DNA from: the human T2T-CHM13v2.0 reference genome, Homo sapiens
Assembly: GCF_009914755.1 (NCBI RefSeq)
Contig: NC_060929.1
Reading direction: 5' to 3' (one strand)
Length of the DNA stretch: 64,000 nt
A model generated the notes under the pieces. It made no database searches. It saw only the letters and a list, made by a program, of their open reading frames with translations, and was not told the origin of the DNA. Below, piece after piece: positions 1-18,100 of the stretch. The first letter of the stretch is position 1. The number at the start of each line of letters is the position of its first letter. Position numbers and translations under genes: made by a program.

Positions 1-518
1 CACAAATTTCTTCCTTTTCGTCTTCACAATTTCATGGATAGACGATTCGTTCTTACCAAGATCTTAGCAACTTCTGCATACATTTTTTTCTTTCCTAATT
101 AAGTTGAGAACTTTCACCTTTTTACCGAATGGAAGCACTTCATAACTTCTCCTTATATCCCTATTGCCAGCATGACTCTCTTGCTCTTTGGGGTCGTTAT
201 TAAGTAAAATAATGGTGACTTGAACACATGCACTGCAATACCTCGACAGTAGTTGTGATCACCGAAATGGCTCTAAATGACTAATGGGTGGGTAGCTTGT
301 GCAGTGTGGATATGCTGGAAAAAGAGTTGATTCATATCAGAGGTGGGATGGAACAGGATGCCACAAGATTTCATCATTCTACTCAGAATGGCACACAATT
401 TTAAATTTATGAATTACTTATTTCTGGATTTTTCTATTTAATATTTTGGACCATGGTTGACCATGAGTAACTAAATCTGTGGAAAGCAAAACTGCAGATA
501 AGAAGAGATGAATGTATC
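1..518. mobile_element. Tigger2-family (MER28/MER8-type) DNA transposon fragment, terminal part
   Basis: Matches recalled Tigger2 end (…catcattctactcagaatggcacacaattttaaatttatgaatt…gaaagcaaaactgcagataag…) ending near a TA; cut by the window start. Confidence 0.75.
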
Positions 519-664
519 TTCTTCAGATCTTTGGCTCATTTTTAAAATCAGGTTTTTATTTTGTTTTGATTTGTTTTTTACCTTCTTTTTCATTGCAGAT
601 TGATACTTTTATAAACAATAGTAATGTTATTATCAGTGAATTATGGAATGTCAAGATGAGGAAC

Positions 665-830
665 TTCAGGATGAAGTCCTAAAATGTCTACTTCTAGCCA
701 CAATTAAGTAAAAGAGACTGATCCAGTTTTCCACCTTAAACAATCAGAAAACCAGAAAAATACATGAAACAATGGTTTTCAGATACTGGACAAAAACCCC
801 TGCATATGTATGATCCCTTCAGAGTGATGG
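665..830 (+). mobile_element. Ancient L1M 5'-region fragment (resumes at ~6120-6420 after nested insertions)
   Basis: aaaatacatgaaacaatggttttcagatactggac resembles old L1M 5' ends; continues as gaggaataaacaaggtgagccctactattgcc at ~6123. Confidence 0.5.
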
Positions 831-1172
831 TGCCATGGATTGAATGTATGTTTTCCTCCAAAATCCATATGTTGGAACTTAAGCTCCAATGTGATAGTTT
901 TAAGAGGTGAGGTATTTGCGAGATGATTTAAGTCACGATGGTAGAACCTCTATAAAAGGCATTAGTATCCATGTAAAAGGGCTGGAGAGAACTAGCCAAG
1001 CCCTTCTTGCCTTGCATCTATTCTGCCTTGTGAGGACACAGCATTCATCCTTTTTGCCCTTTCGGCCTTCTGCCATGTGAGAATGCAGCAAGAAGGCTGT
1101 CACAAGACACCAAATGCTGGTGCCTTGATCTTAGACTTTCCAACCTTCAGAACTGTAAGAAATAAACTTCTA
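831..1172 (+). mobile_element. MaLR LTR (MST/MLT1A-type), 5' part
   Basis: tgccatggattgaatgt… start; ccatgtgagaatgcagcaagaagg…gccttgatcttagactttccaaccttcagaactgtaagaaataaa; split by an L1. Confidence 0.8.
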
Positions 1173-6047
<4,875 letters not shown>

Positions 6048-6118
6048 AATAAACTTCTACTCTTATAAATTACTTAGTCTATGGTATTTCTGTTACAGCT
6101 ACACAAATGAACTAAGAC
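6048..6118 (+). mobile_element. MaLR LTR, 3' part (continuation of 831-1172)
   Basis: aataaacttctactcttataaattacttagtctatggtatttctgttacagc…gaactaagaca MaLR terminus. Confidence 0.8.
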
Positions 6119-6560
6119 AAATGAGGAATAAACAAGGTGAGCCCTACTATTGCCTCAGCTTGCTGTGCGGAGGCAGCCTGAAAGCACACCTCCAGGGGAC
6201 CAAATTAATCCTTTGTACCGTAACTGCAAGCCACAACAAAGTCCCCCACTACATAAAAGAATACAGCAAAATCCAACACCCAACTACCAAAAATGCATGC
6301 TCTCCAGAATCTAATAAGAAATTATCAGGTCTGCAAAGAATTGTAAAATATAATCCATAAACAGGAAAAAGAAACCAACTGGTAGAGTTGAATTATGATA
6401 AAAAATAAAATGGAAAAAATGAAATAGAACGTATAAACCCCCATTTCTTTTAATTATTAGATTTAATGGACATTAAAAAATTACATTGCTGAAATCCCTA
6501 TAAAATTTCTAATGACCTACTCCCAAGTTTTGTAATACTTACTGCTCTGTGAACTGGTAA

Positions 6561-6918
<358 letters not shown>

Positions 6919-7669
6919 TAGGCCAACATTTTTTTACCCCTAGCAGATTGACTTGAATATGCAGTTAGGGCAAAAAAAAAAAATCATGTTTGAATATGTT
7001 TATATAAGAGTGTCGTAACCTTAAGTGAATTACTCTTCCTCCAGGGAGTCCAGACTGAGAGGCTCCCATCTCAGTGGTTTTCCAGCACCATTCTAGATCC
7101 CAGGGGAACACATGAGGTAAAGGCTCGAGGTTGTAGAGTGAAGTATGTCAGAGAAATTTATGAGAGGCCTAATTAGCACAGTCATTGTAGATAAGTAGAA
7201 ACACCAGTTTTAAGTTAAATGCTTCTGAGCCTAATTATTTCCTCTTTTAGCATGGACTTAGAGGAAACTGCACTAAATCATTCTGGAAATAGATCGCCAG
7301 TTCACAGGATGCTGAGAACTAATTATTGAATGCACTGAATCTTGTGCATGTTGTAGCTGCTAAGAGTGAAGACACAGGAGAGCAACCATAGGGCTCTTCA
7401 CCAGCCACCTCCTCCTCTCAAGCAAATGTCTGTGGACACATTTTTCCAGTAGAGTATGGGTGTTTGATGTCCTATTAATTGACAGCAGTTTCCCCTTTCA
7501 GTCCTCAAGATCACTGCTTAGCCTGCCTAGGTTCAAAACTCTTGTTTGTGAGCTGGGAGGAAAAAGAGAAAAAAGATAAAATAAATGTGAATAAAATAGA
7601 AATAAGCAAATGTCATTGATTACATTTCATTTGTTACTTTCATTTTGGAACCCATTGCAACCCACCTAT

Positions 7670-7795
7670 CATGTCTTTTGTTTCTCATCTATAAAAAAGA
7701 TACAATGATAATAGTACCTACCACATGACGTATAATTGAATTCACATGTGGAAATATATTGGCACATGTAGAGTGTTCAATACATATTAACTCCC
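7670..7795 (+). mobile_element. MIR fragment
   Basis: tttctcatctataaaa…gataatagtacctacc MIR core. Confidence 0.6.
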
Positions 7796-8501
7796 TATAA
7801 CTAGAGCTATACATCCATATGTGTTTACTTCTTTCCTTCATTCTAATCCACTCAAGAACCATATAGTATCTGGGTGATCAATTTTAAAAAATTATGCAAT
7901 TCATCTTTTTAAATTAAAAGCACTGGTATGATTTTATAAAATGTAGCACTGTTTAATTTAAGATAGGGAGTTTTCATTAGTTTCTGTGATAAAAGCACGT
8001 CTCACCAAGGGCAAGGAGTTGAGTCCTGAGGTGTGGGTGGTATGATCGATCTTTGAGGGCCAGCTGCCCGACATGTACTTCATCATCCTCGCAAAGGTTC
8101 ATCATCTCCTTTTGTTTTTCTATAGAATCATTAGTATCCATGTCCTGTGCCTGGGTCATTTTGGTTTATTGGTAAGAAAAGCAATCAGATGGCAGAGCAC
8201 TCAGTGATGCCTGCCCTGACTAGGTGTTGCCACATGAACCTTGCAAAGCCCAGAAGAGTGAGAAAGGTGATGCATTTATAGGCTAGGTCTAAAGCTAAGG
8301 ATGGTAAATCACCTTTTTATTTATAAATTCCAAGATCATATCCCTTTATCCTGCTATGTAAAATAAAATCTCTTGGTAATTGGTTTAAGGTCCTAGATGA
8401 TGCTCTGCCAAGACACAAAGAGGATCTCAGGACGTAGGTGTTCATATCTGAAACTCTTTGTGAGCATGTGGCCTGGTCACAGACAACTATAGAAAGTCTG
8501 G

Positions 8502-9165
8502 GGCTGGGTACAGTGGCTCATACCTTGAATGCTAGCACTTTGAGAGGCTGAGGTAGGATGATCGCTTGAGGCCAATAGTCCAAGACCAGGCGAGGCAACA
8601 TGGACTCCATCTCTACAAAAGTGAAAAAGGAAATAAATTAGCCAGGGTGGTTGTACATGTCTATAGTCCCCTGATATAGTTTGGCTGTGTCCCCACCCAA
8701 ATCTCATCTTGAATTCCCATGTGTTGTGGGAGGAACCCGGTGGGAGGTAACTGAAACATGGGGGCAAGTCTTTCCCATGCTGTTCTCATGATAGTGAATA
8801 AGTCTCACAAGATCTGATGGCTTTAAAATGAGGAGTTCCCCTGCATAAATTCTCTCTCTTTGCCTGCTGCCATCCATGTAAGATGTGACTTGCTCCTCCT
8901 TGCCTTCCGCCATGATTGTGAGGCTTCCCCAGCCATGTGGAACTGTAAGTCCAATTAAACTCTTTCTTTTGTAAATTTCTCAGTCTCGGATGTGTCTTTA
9001 TCAGCACCATGAAAATGGATTAATACATCCCTAGTTGCTTGGGAAGCTGAGAAAGGAAGATTGCTTGAGCCCAGGAGGTTGAGGCTGCAGTGAGCTGTGA
9101 GCATACCACTACATTCCAGCCTGGGTAACAGAGTGAGACCATGTCTCTTAAAAATATTAAAAATG
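8502..9165 (+). mobile_element. AluJ split by a THE1B LTR (Alu parts 8502-8671 and 9028-9165)
   Basis: Diverged Alu left arm and linker; right arm resumes after the LTR with J-type gcttgagcccaggaggttgaggctgcagtgagc. Confidence 0.85.
8672..9027 (+). mobile_element. THE1B-like solo LTR
   Basis: tgatatagtttggctgtgtccccacccaaatctcatcttgaatt…ggattaataca; TSD tcccc/tccct. Confidence 0.9.
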
Positions 9166-9659
9166 CATACATACATAAGTAAAATCTGAAGATAGCACCT
9201 TTTCTTCTAATAGTGGGTTGCTGAGTTTCTTTATAGATTTCAGTGACTGCTCCCTATATGAATGTGGAAACTTCTCATAAGATGGCAAGTGTGTTCCTAG
9301 GGATGAATAATTACTTTGGTAGCAGTAAATAAAATTATTTTGAAATGGATCGAAGGTCTCGTCTATAGAGAAAGAACTCTTTTAGTTATCCTTATGCTTG
9401 GCTACATTGGTTTTCTGAAATGAGAATGTAATATTCCCGAGAGATTGAGTGTTCATACTGAATTATTTTCATCTAAAAATAATCATTTACAGAGGTAGAG
9501 GTGAGCTTTTGTGCTAAACTAGAAGTGGCAAAAACTTAGGTAATAAGGAATTTATTTTTTATTTTTCTGCTTTCTAACTTTCCTCCTTGACATTCTCTAA
9601 ATTACTACTTTTGACCACTTTTTAAAAAATTTACATGTCCTCTCATGACACAGTCTGCC

Positions 9660-9990
9660 AATCTCTTGGCTGTGTGACAGAGACAGCCAATTCTCTCTCT
9701 ACAGCTTTAAGACTTCTTGTTATATGTAATAATAAATCTCTATCATCTAAGCCATCTTGATTCGGTGTTCTGTTCCTTGCATCTGAAAGCACCTTGATTC
9801 TTTTTCCTCTAAACGATAATGGGAGAATGAACCATTCTAAAGCGAAGTCATAATCATGTTACTCCCATGCACAGAAATCTTAGTAGTTCCCTACTGCCAA
9901 CCAAAAAACAAAACCCCACATTTATAATGTAGTATTTAAGGCTTTCCTAAATTTTGTCCCAATCTACCTTTCCAAGCTTATTTCCCATAT
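9660..9990 (+). mobile_element. Old MLT1 LTR 3' fragment followed by an L2 fragment
   Basis: aataaatctctatcatctaagccat…tctgttccttgcatctgaaagcacc (MLT1 end); aagtcataatcatgttactccc…ctacctttccaagcttattt (L2). Confidence 0.5.
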
Positions 9991-10229
9991 GCTTAGTTTA
10001 CCTGGTCCCTTCCATGGGTTACAACACTTTAAGAGCTGCAGTGAGGGAGAGAGGAGAGGGATGCAGTTGGGCCTGACCCTGGACCAAAGCATCCCTTGCC
10101 CCTCCTCTCCTCTTCTAGTTTCCACCCTGCCTCCAAAAAATGAATGTGGAACTAGCTGGTATCTGTTTGATTTTGACCTAAAAATCATTTCTGTTTGAGA
10201 GGCAGAAATCATTGTTAGTAAATTCTTCT

Positions 10230-13200
10230 GTGTCTCAATGCAGAAAAAAAGAACAAATTTGAGTGTCCTGAAAGATGAAGGTTGCCTTTGAGAACACGGT
10301 TCCTAGATTCCTCAGCTCCAGGATAAGCACTACCATGGGGTAGCCCTGGTCATATCATGTGTGCTAGAGAGGAGAGATTTTTCTTTGGCAGCAGGAGGTA
10401 TATCCAGAGAATGCTGAAGCTCCTAGACTAAATTCTGCAGCAGAGATCAACAAAGAAGAACAAGGCATACTGTTGACCAGTGTAAAGGCATGCAGCCAGC
10501 AAGCACTGAACCACTGCCACCGCCTCAGCTGCTCAGTCTGAGAACAACCCTGAAAGCCTGCCCCTGTGTGTGATGCAAGCTCAGGAGCTCTGTCAGTGTA
10601 TTCCAGTCACATTAAAGTGAAGGGCTGTCCATCAAGAAAGACAGTGAAAGCCCTAAATCAAAGTCAAAGGGGATGGGTTCTGCCCTTACAGCAATGTTCC
10701 TATCAGGAAAGCCTCACCTGGTTTCCAAATTTTCCAGTCAGGCTGAACATGGGAGCTTGTCAATCAGTCCTAGACACCTCTGGGACAGTGACACCGAGAG
10801 TAGAAGCCACACCCCTAAAGCACTCCTTAACCCAGGTGGGAGCATGGGTCTGAAGACAGAGACTGGAAATGATGCCAAGGGAGGCATTCCCATCTACTCC
10901 TTTGATCTAAGAGGTCCTGAGACTAAAGAATGTAATTCTGCTGACCACATAAAGTTCCAGGATTCCCAGCACACAACACACTTGATGATACCCTCAAATT
11001 CTGTGGCCCACAGCTCTTCCATACCTTCCCATAGCCAGACTATTGCTCAGAGTCCACACCTTCTTGGAAGACATCAGCCCAAGTGGTGCATGTGCGTTCA
11101 AGCTGCAGAAGCTGTATTGAAAGGTCAGGTTGAAACTGACGCCTCTTTCCAAATCCAGAAAATTCCTAGCAGCAAGATAGAGAGAAGCAAAACCCTGAAC
11201 ACACAGATATCTGCCTTTGGAATGATCCAAAACTTTTCCCACAACAGCCCCCAGCTCCAGCCAACCAGGGCCATATGTGCCTTTCTAGACTTTCAGGAAT
11301 GTTAGGCTCTGAAATGTAAGGGCAAAATGTCTCCAACCCTGCACCCAGTCCAAGTCTTTCTGGAGTCAGTTGGCCAGACAATGTGCCAAAAATTCCAGAT
11401 GATGGAAACTTCTCTCTTGGCAAAGAGGTCTTCGGTGTTCTTGGGGTACACTCCCCAAATCCCCAAAGATTGTTTTCAGAGATGTTTTAATAGCAGCTGG
11501 CAGAGAAACAGTGAGATCTTCCCCTTGGGATAGCACAGCTGACCTAAGGCCCAGCATAGAGATGACTAGGATGATCCCAGGCTCTCTGTGAATATTCCCA
11601 TTTTCCCTTGACCAGTTGAGAGACCTCTCAGTCCTACCAGGGAAGACTTTTCCAAAGCACTGTCTCACAGATGGGCTCCAGTTGGGAATTTGAGTTTGGG
11701 ATGGTTCTTCATGTCATGAAATAAAATGTCCATCTAAATATCAAACGTGGGATCTAACTCTCAGATGATACCTCAAAAGATGAGAGGCTGGGTGTGCCCT
11801 GGGGAGATGGTGAATTACAGTCAGGTAGCTCAGCTGTGCTGCCTGCTCAGCAGAAGACAGCACCCCTGCCATGTGGTGAGCACCCTCAGCAGGAAGATGA
11901 CATGGGCTTCAGGTCATTCTTTCCCATATCTTAGGGTCCAAACTGCAACAGGGTTTGGCAGAATCTTAGTGAACCAATCAGACCCAACAGAAGGACTAAC
12001 AGCCAGCTCAGTCATAGCCACCACTACCTTTCAACCCTTCCAGAAACCCCATTAGCCTCAACACAGCTTCTGCAGTTTGACATGGCCTGAGGCAGGGGCC
12101 CTTGAATAAATCTGGGGCATGCAGCCAGGTGTGTTCTCTTGATGTGAACTCTCTGAAATCTCCCACTCTACACAGTCCAGTCCAGTCCACAATATGGGAC
12201 TTGCCCTCGGGAAACCTCAAGTTTCCCCAGGTTCCATCATACCTGGTGGGCCTAATGGCAAATCCTGATGCTGTTGCTTCCATTAAACTGCACCATCTTG
12301 AAGTGAGCAGGTTTGGGAAAGGATAGGCTCTGGAGGCAAGTTGTACTAGACAGAAGACTTCTGCAGATTATTTGATGATTGATATTTTTTTGAATATGCA
12401 TTTTGATATGTTGAGTGTCCAACTTTGCAATGTCCAGTTCTATCAGATTATATCATGATACCATCAAGCTAGTGGTTAACTCAAATGAAAACGCTCCTCC
12501 ACCTCCCTCACCCAACTTATCATTAATTAAAAACATGCCAGGAATTGGCATTAATAATACATAAAATCTGCAAATTTTAGATCCAGACTCTATGATTCCA
12601 ATGACAACCCTCCAGCTCAGTGGGAATAACCTAGCCACTTCTCACTCCAACTTGACACCCTTCCTGAATGCCACGGAACCCAGCATACTTCCCCATAGTG
12701 CTCCAATGGGGCCTGCTTTGATGTCACACAATCCTATGATAAGTCACGAGTCCTAGGAGCCTTGGCTGGTATCACAATCCTATGATGGGTCATGAGTCCC
12801 AGGAGCCTTGGTTGGCATCTCAAGGACAGAAGAATTTCTCTAGGTGTTTGTAAGCCAGGAGGCCCAGAGTGTCTGACTCCTTTGCTATGCTGGGGAATAG
12901 CATGACTTCAGGGTTTGTGGACCCAGATCTGCAGCAATCCATATGTGAGTTTGATCTGTCTTCCGTGATTCCATCACAGATGTCCAACCAGACAGTGAAC
13001 TATTTCCCTCAAGGGAAAATCTCAGGCCATAAACAATGCCAGGGTTTTTGCAGATGGAGGAGGTGACAGGCAGATAAGTTCCACGGTGGCACTGGCATTG
13101 CTTGGTCTAGGGTCAGCACAAGCTCTGAGCATCCTTTGGGTACAAGTGTATCCTTTCCAGACTTTGTCAATGACATTGCTGGCCTTTCTCAAGCAATAAC

Positions 13201-13925
13201 ACCAAAAAAAGAAAAATAAATGCAAAAAAAAAAAAAAAAAAAAAGGAACTAAGTTTAGCATAGATAGGGATGGAAAAGAAATCTTTCGTTTTAAAAAATA
13301 GTGAAGTGTAGGACATTGTTTTTGTGTTCAAATGCTCTTCGGCACTGTCTCTCCATGTGTATACAAATTCACCTTCGTGTTTCTCGTGTTGTCTCTCATC
13401 CTTCCCCATCTCTGTTAAGTGTGCTTCACAGACATCGTGCCCGCCTTGCTTCCCTCCTCTGTTTTTCCCTTGGGCGCCGATCTACAAGGTGTTCCTCTGG
13501 GTGATTAATGGAGACAGGCCTCCACTTCCATGCTGAGCATCTTCGTGGTTTTGAGGGAGAGAGAGAGGTCAGCCACTGGGCTGCTCTATGGCTTTTCTTT
13601 CCCTGCTTTGTCTTCTCCTTCACTAATATGCCCTTCCCAGCACCCCGCCCCACCCCCCTCCTTGTTTCCTGTCTTCCTTTTACTCAGAATTCCCAGGTGA
13701 ATTGTATTAATGTGGGAGTGGAACAGATGCTAAAAGTTACCCAGGACTTTTGTTTTTGTTTTCTTGTCTTTTTTTTTTTTTTAAATGTTGTGGTTATTTC
13801 CCTTTCTTCCTCCTCCCACACATGCAATGTTAGAGCAACTGCCATTCCATTTGGTACAGAACCACTCCCTGGGGCTGTGATGTCAGAAAAATAGAATATA
13901 TTATTTATTACAAAATTAAAAACCG
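10230..13925 (+). pseudogene. BCL9P1: Processed pseudogene of BCL9 (B-cell CLL/lymphoma 9, beta-catenin co-activator)
   Basis: Colinear intronless peptides matching recalled BCL9: VYSSHIKVKGCPS (MHSSNPKVRSSPS; ATG>GTG at 10596), HTPKALLNPGGSMGLK, KECNSADHIKFQDSQHT, AAEAVLKGQVET (HD1), MGSNSQMIPQKMR, LKSPTLH…SGNLKFPQ, DSFAMLGNSM…DPDLQ…EFDLS…YFPQG; many stops and frameshifts; UTR-like flanks and a decayed polyA signal with A-rich tail at ~13886-13925. BCL9 homology is strong; the symbol and outer boundaries are from memory or approximate. Confidence 0.92.
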
Positions 13926-14904
13926 GAAAGCTCACTTTAAGGCTGAATCAAAAAATCACTTCCATGAGACACTTCCTGGTCTCCCAGGAAGAACAAATGT
14001 CATTTTCTTCGGAACTTGCTGCTGAGATCTAACACTTTCTTCTCTCATGTTCTTATAATACATATATATATATTTTTAATTTCAGCTTTCCTATAAACTG
14101 AAACTACATGAGGGTTGGGCCTGAGCCTGATTCAATTTCAGATGTTCCACAGTGCTTTGCCTACAGACATTGTGCACAAAAATTTTCTCTAACCACTTTA
14201 AATTATAGCTAAACATGGGGAATGGTGAAAAGGAGCAATTAAAGCAAGCCACAAGTTGGGACATGAAACTCAATTTATGAAATTAGAAAAAAAAATAGAC
14301 ATGAGGAGGACAGAACTTGAGCTATAAATAGATTCAGGGAGACTAAGCAACAGATGGCAGAGGGGTTTGTATGAGATCACAAGTTGCTGAGGGTGAACAG
14401 CCAGAGCCCTCCGTAAAGAGAGGGAAGTTTATAAAATTGGCTTCTTAGCACAGTGAGGCAATGTCAGGATTTGCTGTGGCTTGCACTGGCTCAGAAAGCC
14501 CCCATATCAGCTGAAGTGAAAAGTCATGCTGATGACCGCCCTGCACTGCTGGCTGTGCCTTTAAGGCTGCAGAAATGGAATTTTCATAAAATTCAGTGTT
14601 CCTCAGGAAAAGCTGGAGGTTAAACTGTTATCAGATTCAGTGCCATTGTAAAATGGGTCCTTTGTGGCATCCCCAAATTAGTTTCTCACTCAGAGCACCT
14701 TATTTCACCCAGTCCCAGGTCAGTTATAATAAATGAGGGCTTAGAAGTACAGAGTGCAAACGGAGAAGAGAAACAGGCATCTGTGTCTACTCCAGAAACA
14801 ATTCTTTGTACACGACTAAATCTTAATTTTTTGCAACCATCCTTTTTAAAAGTGATTATTTTCTACATTTTATTTTTATTTACATTAAGAATGAAATCTG
14901 CTAA

Positions 14905-15230
14905 CAAAATAATGTCTTTTGAAGCAACATGAATGAAGCCAGAGACCATTATTCTAAGTGAAATATCTCGGGAATCAAAACCAAATACTGCATATTCTCA
15001 CTCATAAGTGGAAGCTAAGCTGTGGGTATGCAAAAGCATACAGAGTGGTATAATGAACATCAGAGACTCAGAAGGGGTGAGGGATGAAAAACTACTTATT
15101 GGGTACAACGCACAGTATTTGGGGTGACAGGTGCACTAAAATCCCAGACTTCACCACTATACGATTCATTCATGTAACTAAAATCCACTTGTACCCCTAA
15201 AGCTATTGAAATTAAAAACATTTTTAAAAA
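14905..15230 (+). mobile_element. L1PB (L1PB3/4-like) 3' end fragment
   Basis: gcatacagagtggtataatgaacatcagagactcagaagggg…ccacttgtacccctaaagctattgaaatt. Confidence 0.8.
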
Positions 15231-15254
15231 AGAATAAATATTCTCAGACTTAAA

Positions 15255-16385
<1,131 letters not shown>

Positions 16386-18026
16386 TTTCTGTAAATCTTG
16401 CTTAAGTACCACAATAATAACCCTCTGAAAGTAGCCTCAGACAAATAAATGTGCAATAAATAGGTATTCTTAAGATGAGTAATGTCATATCCAGGAGTCT
16501 TAACTTCTAAACTTAATGCTGATGAGAAATTCCTACAGCATTGCTACTGTGGGGACCAAAAGCAAGCCATGGACAGTTCACCAGGAATTTTATCACTCTC
16601 CTGAGCTTAACACTCTCTATTTACTCACAAGCATAATCTGCTTTAAATCCAACTGAGGAAAATTTAGACTTGCCAAATTAAAAAGCCAGCAGAGTGATTA
16701 TCTCCTAAAGAAAAGGATCATTTGCTGTATCAATACTTTAAATAACAAGGTGCCTTAGTACATTTTAAAGTTGGAAAATATTTATTTCACAGCACCTCTG
16801 GATTCCTGAAAATGTGATGTGCCTATATTTTTTTCTTCAGTGCTCTAGCGCAGACCCAGACAATTTCTGAAGCCAGTTAGAAATAAGATGGACAACTAAC
16901 AGTCTGTGTGATGTAATCTGTGGCTCGTGAGTCCAGAATTAGAGGCCAAAGAAGAAAATAACTGAATCCTTTTTCTAGCACTGATTTGCTGTGAATTGAT
17001 TTTAAACCGCAAAAATGAATCGTTTTATTTTGCTAACAGGGAAATCATATTACATAGCCTACTCCATGTAAAGTAGTTTCGGTTTCTGCAAAGGAAAAAG
17101 AACATGATCGGATTTAGCAAAATGGTGTATTACATAGGGCGAAAATCAGATCATCACAGAATATTAGAGCTTAAATGGTCCTTAGCATTCTCAGTCTAAA
17201 TCCTTTATATTGTAGATGCTAAAACTATGGTGGGCACTTGAGTGGTGTCTGTCCAGCATTTCTTCTCTTCCCCAGTCAACCTTAAGAGACAAGTCCATTT
17301 CCAGGAAAAAAATGACAAAGGGTGATGGTATTACCGGCATTACTAGTGCCAGGCCTTCTAAAGGGACTCCTCTGAAGCTTCTCACTGTATGTCACACTAG
17401 ATATTAATACATGCAAATTTTTTATATATGGTGGGTGCCAGGAAAAAAATGGTTATCATGTGAATTTAAAGAATGCTCCACGTTTATTATTTTCATCAAA
17501 TAAAGTAAATTTTTTTTTCTTTTTTGGTTTGTTCTGACTTGTTTTGCTTTGGCCTGGGGTGGGGCAGAACAGAGAAAGGCACTACAAATTATGAAGCATA
17601 ATCCTGCACTGACAGGCGTACAAATTTAAACACAGCTTTGAGTTTGAATTCATCTATATAATGTCTAAACCATGCAGTTCTTCTTTTGTTCTGTAGATCA
17701 ACTTAAGAAATAAAAGACAAGGCAGTTTCTGGTTAACGTGTATCCTCCTATTCTGTCCTATACCCTGATCTACGAGGATTTTGAATGAGCTGCAGTGGTA
17801 TATTATGGCAATGTGTTCTGTCTTGAAAATAAATAAGATATTTCAGTTAAAAATAGATACAGAGATTAGAAGTAGATAAATCTCATTATGTTTGGAATTT
17901 GGATTGACTTCATATGAGCATTCTAGGAGTTCTGAAGCTTAATGACAAATTACAGAAATATTTGGGGATTAAAGGACTCATCAAATCCAGGAAAAACATA
18001 TGGCCTTTAAGGACTTAAAAAACTTA

Positions 18027-18100
18027 CACACACACACACACACACACACACACGTATATATATATGTGTGTGTGTGTATATATATGTGTATATATATATG
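18027..18100. repeat. Compound (CA)n-(TA)n-(TG)n microsatellite
   Basis: Directly visible. Confidence 0.95.

Noticed and set aside
10596-13197. Functional BCL9 paralogue
   Set aside because: Start codon lost, in-frame stops, frameshifts, large deletions and an inversion
13204-13244. A-rich tract with AATAAA as the retrocopy polyA tail
   Set aside because: 3'UTR-like sequence continues to a second decayed signal and tail at ~13.9 kb, so it is more likely an internal A tract; not certain
14280-14420. Possible CR1/L3 relic
   Set aside because: Similarity too weak to call by eye
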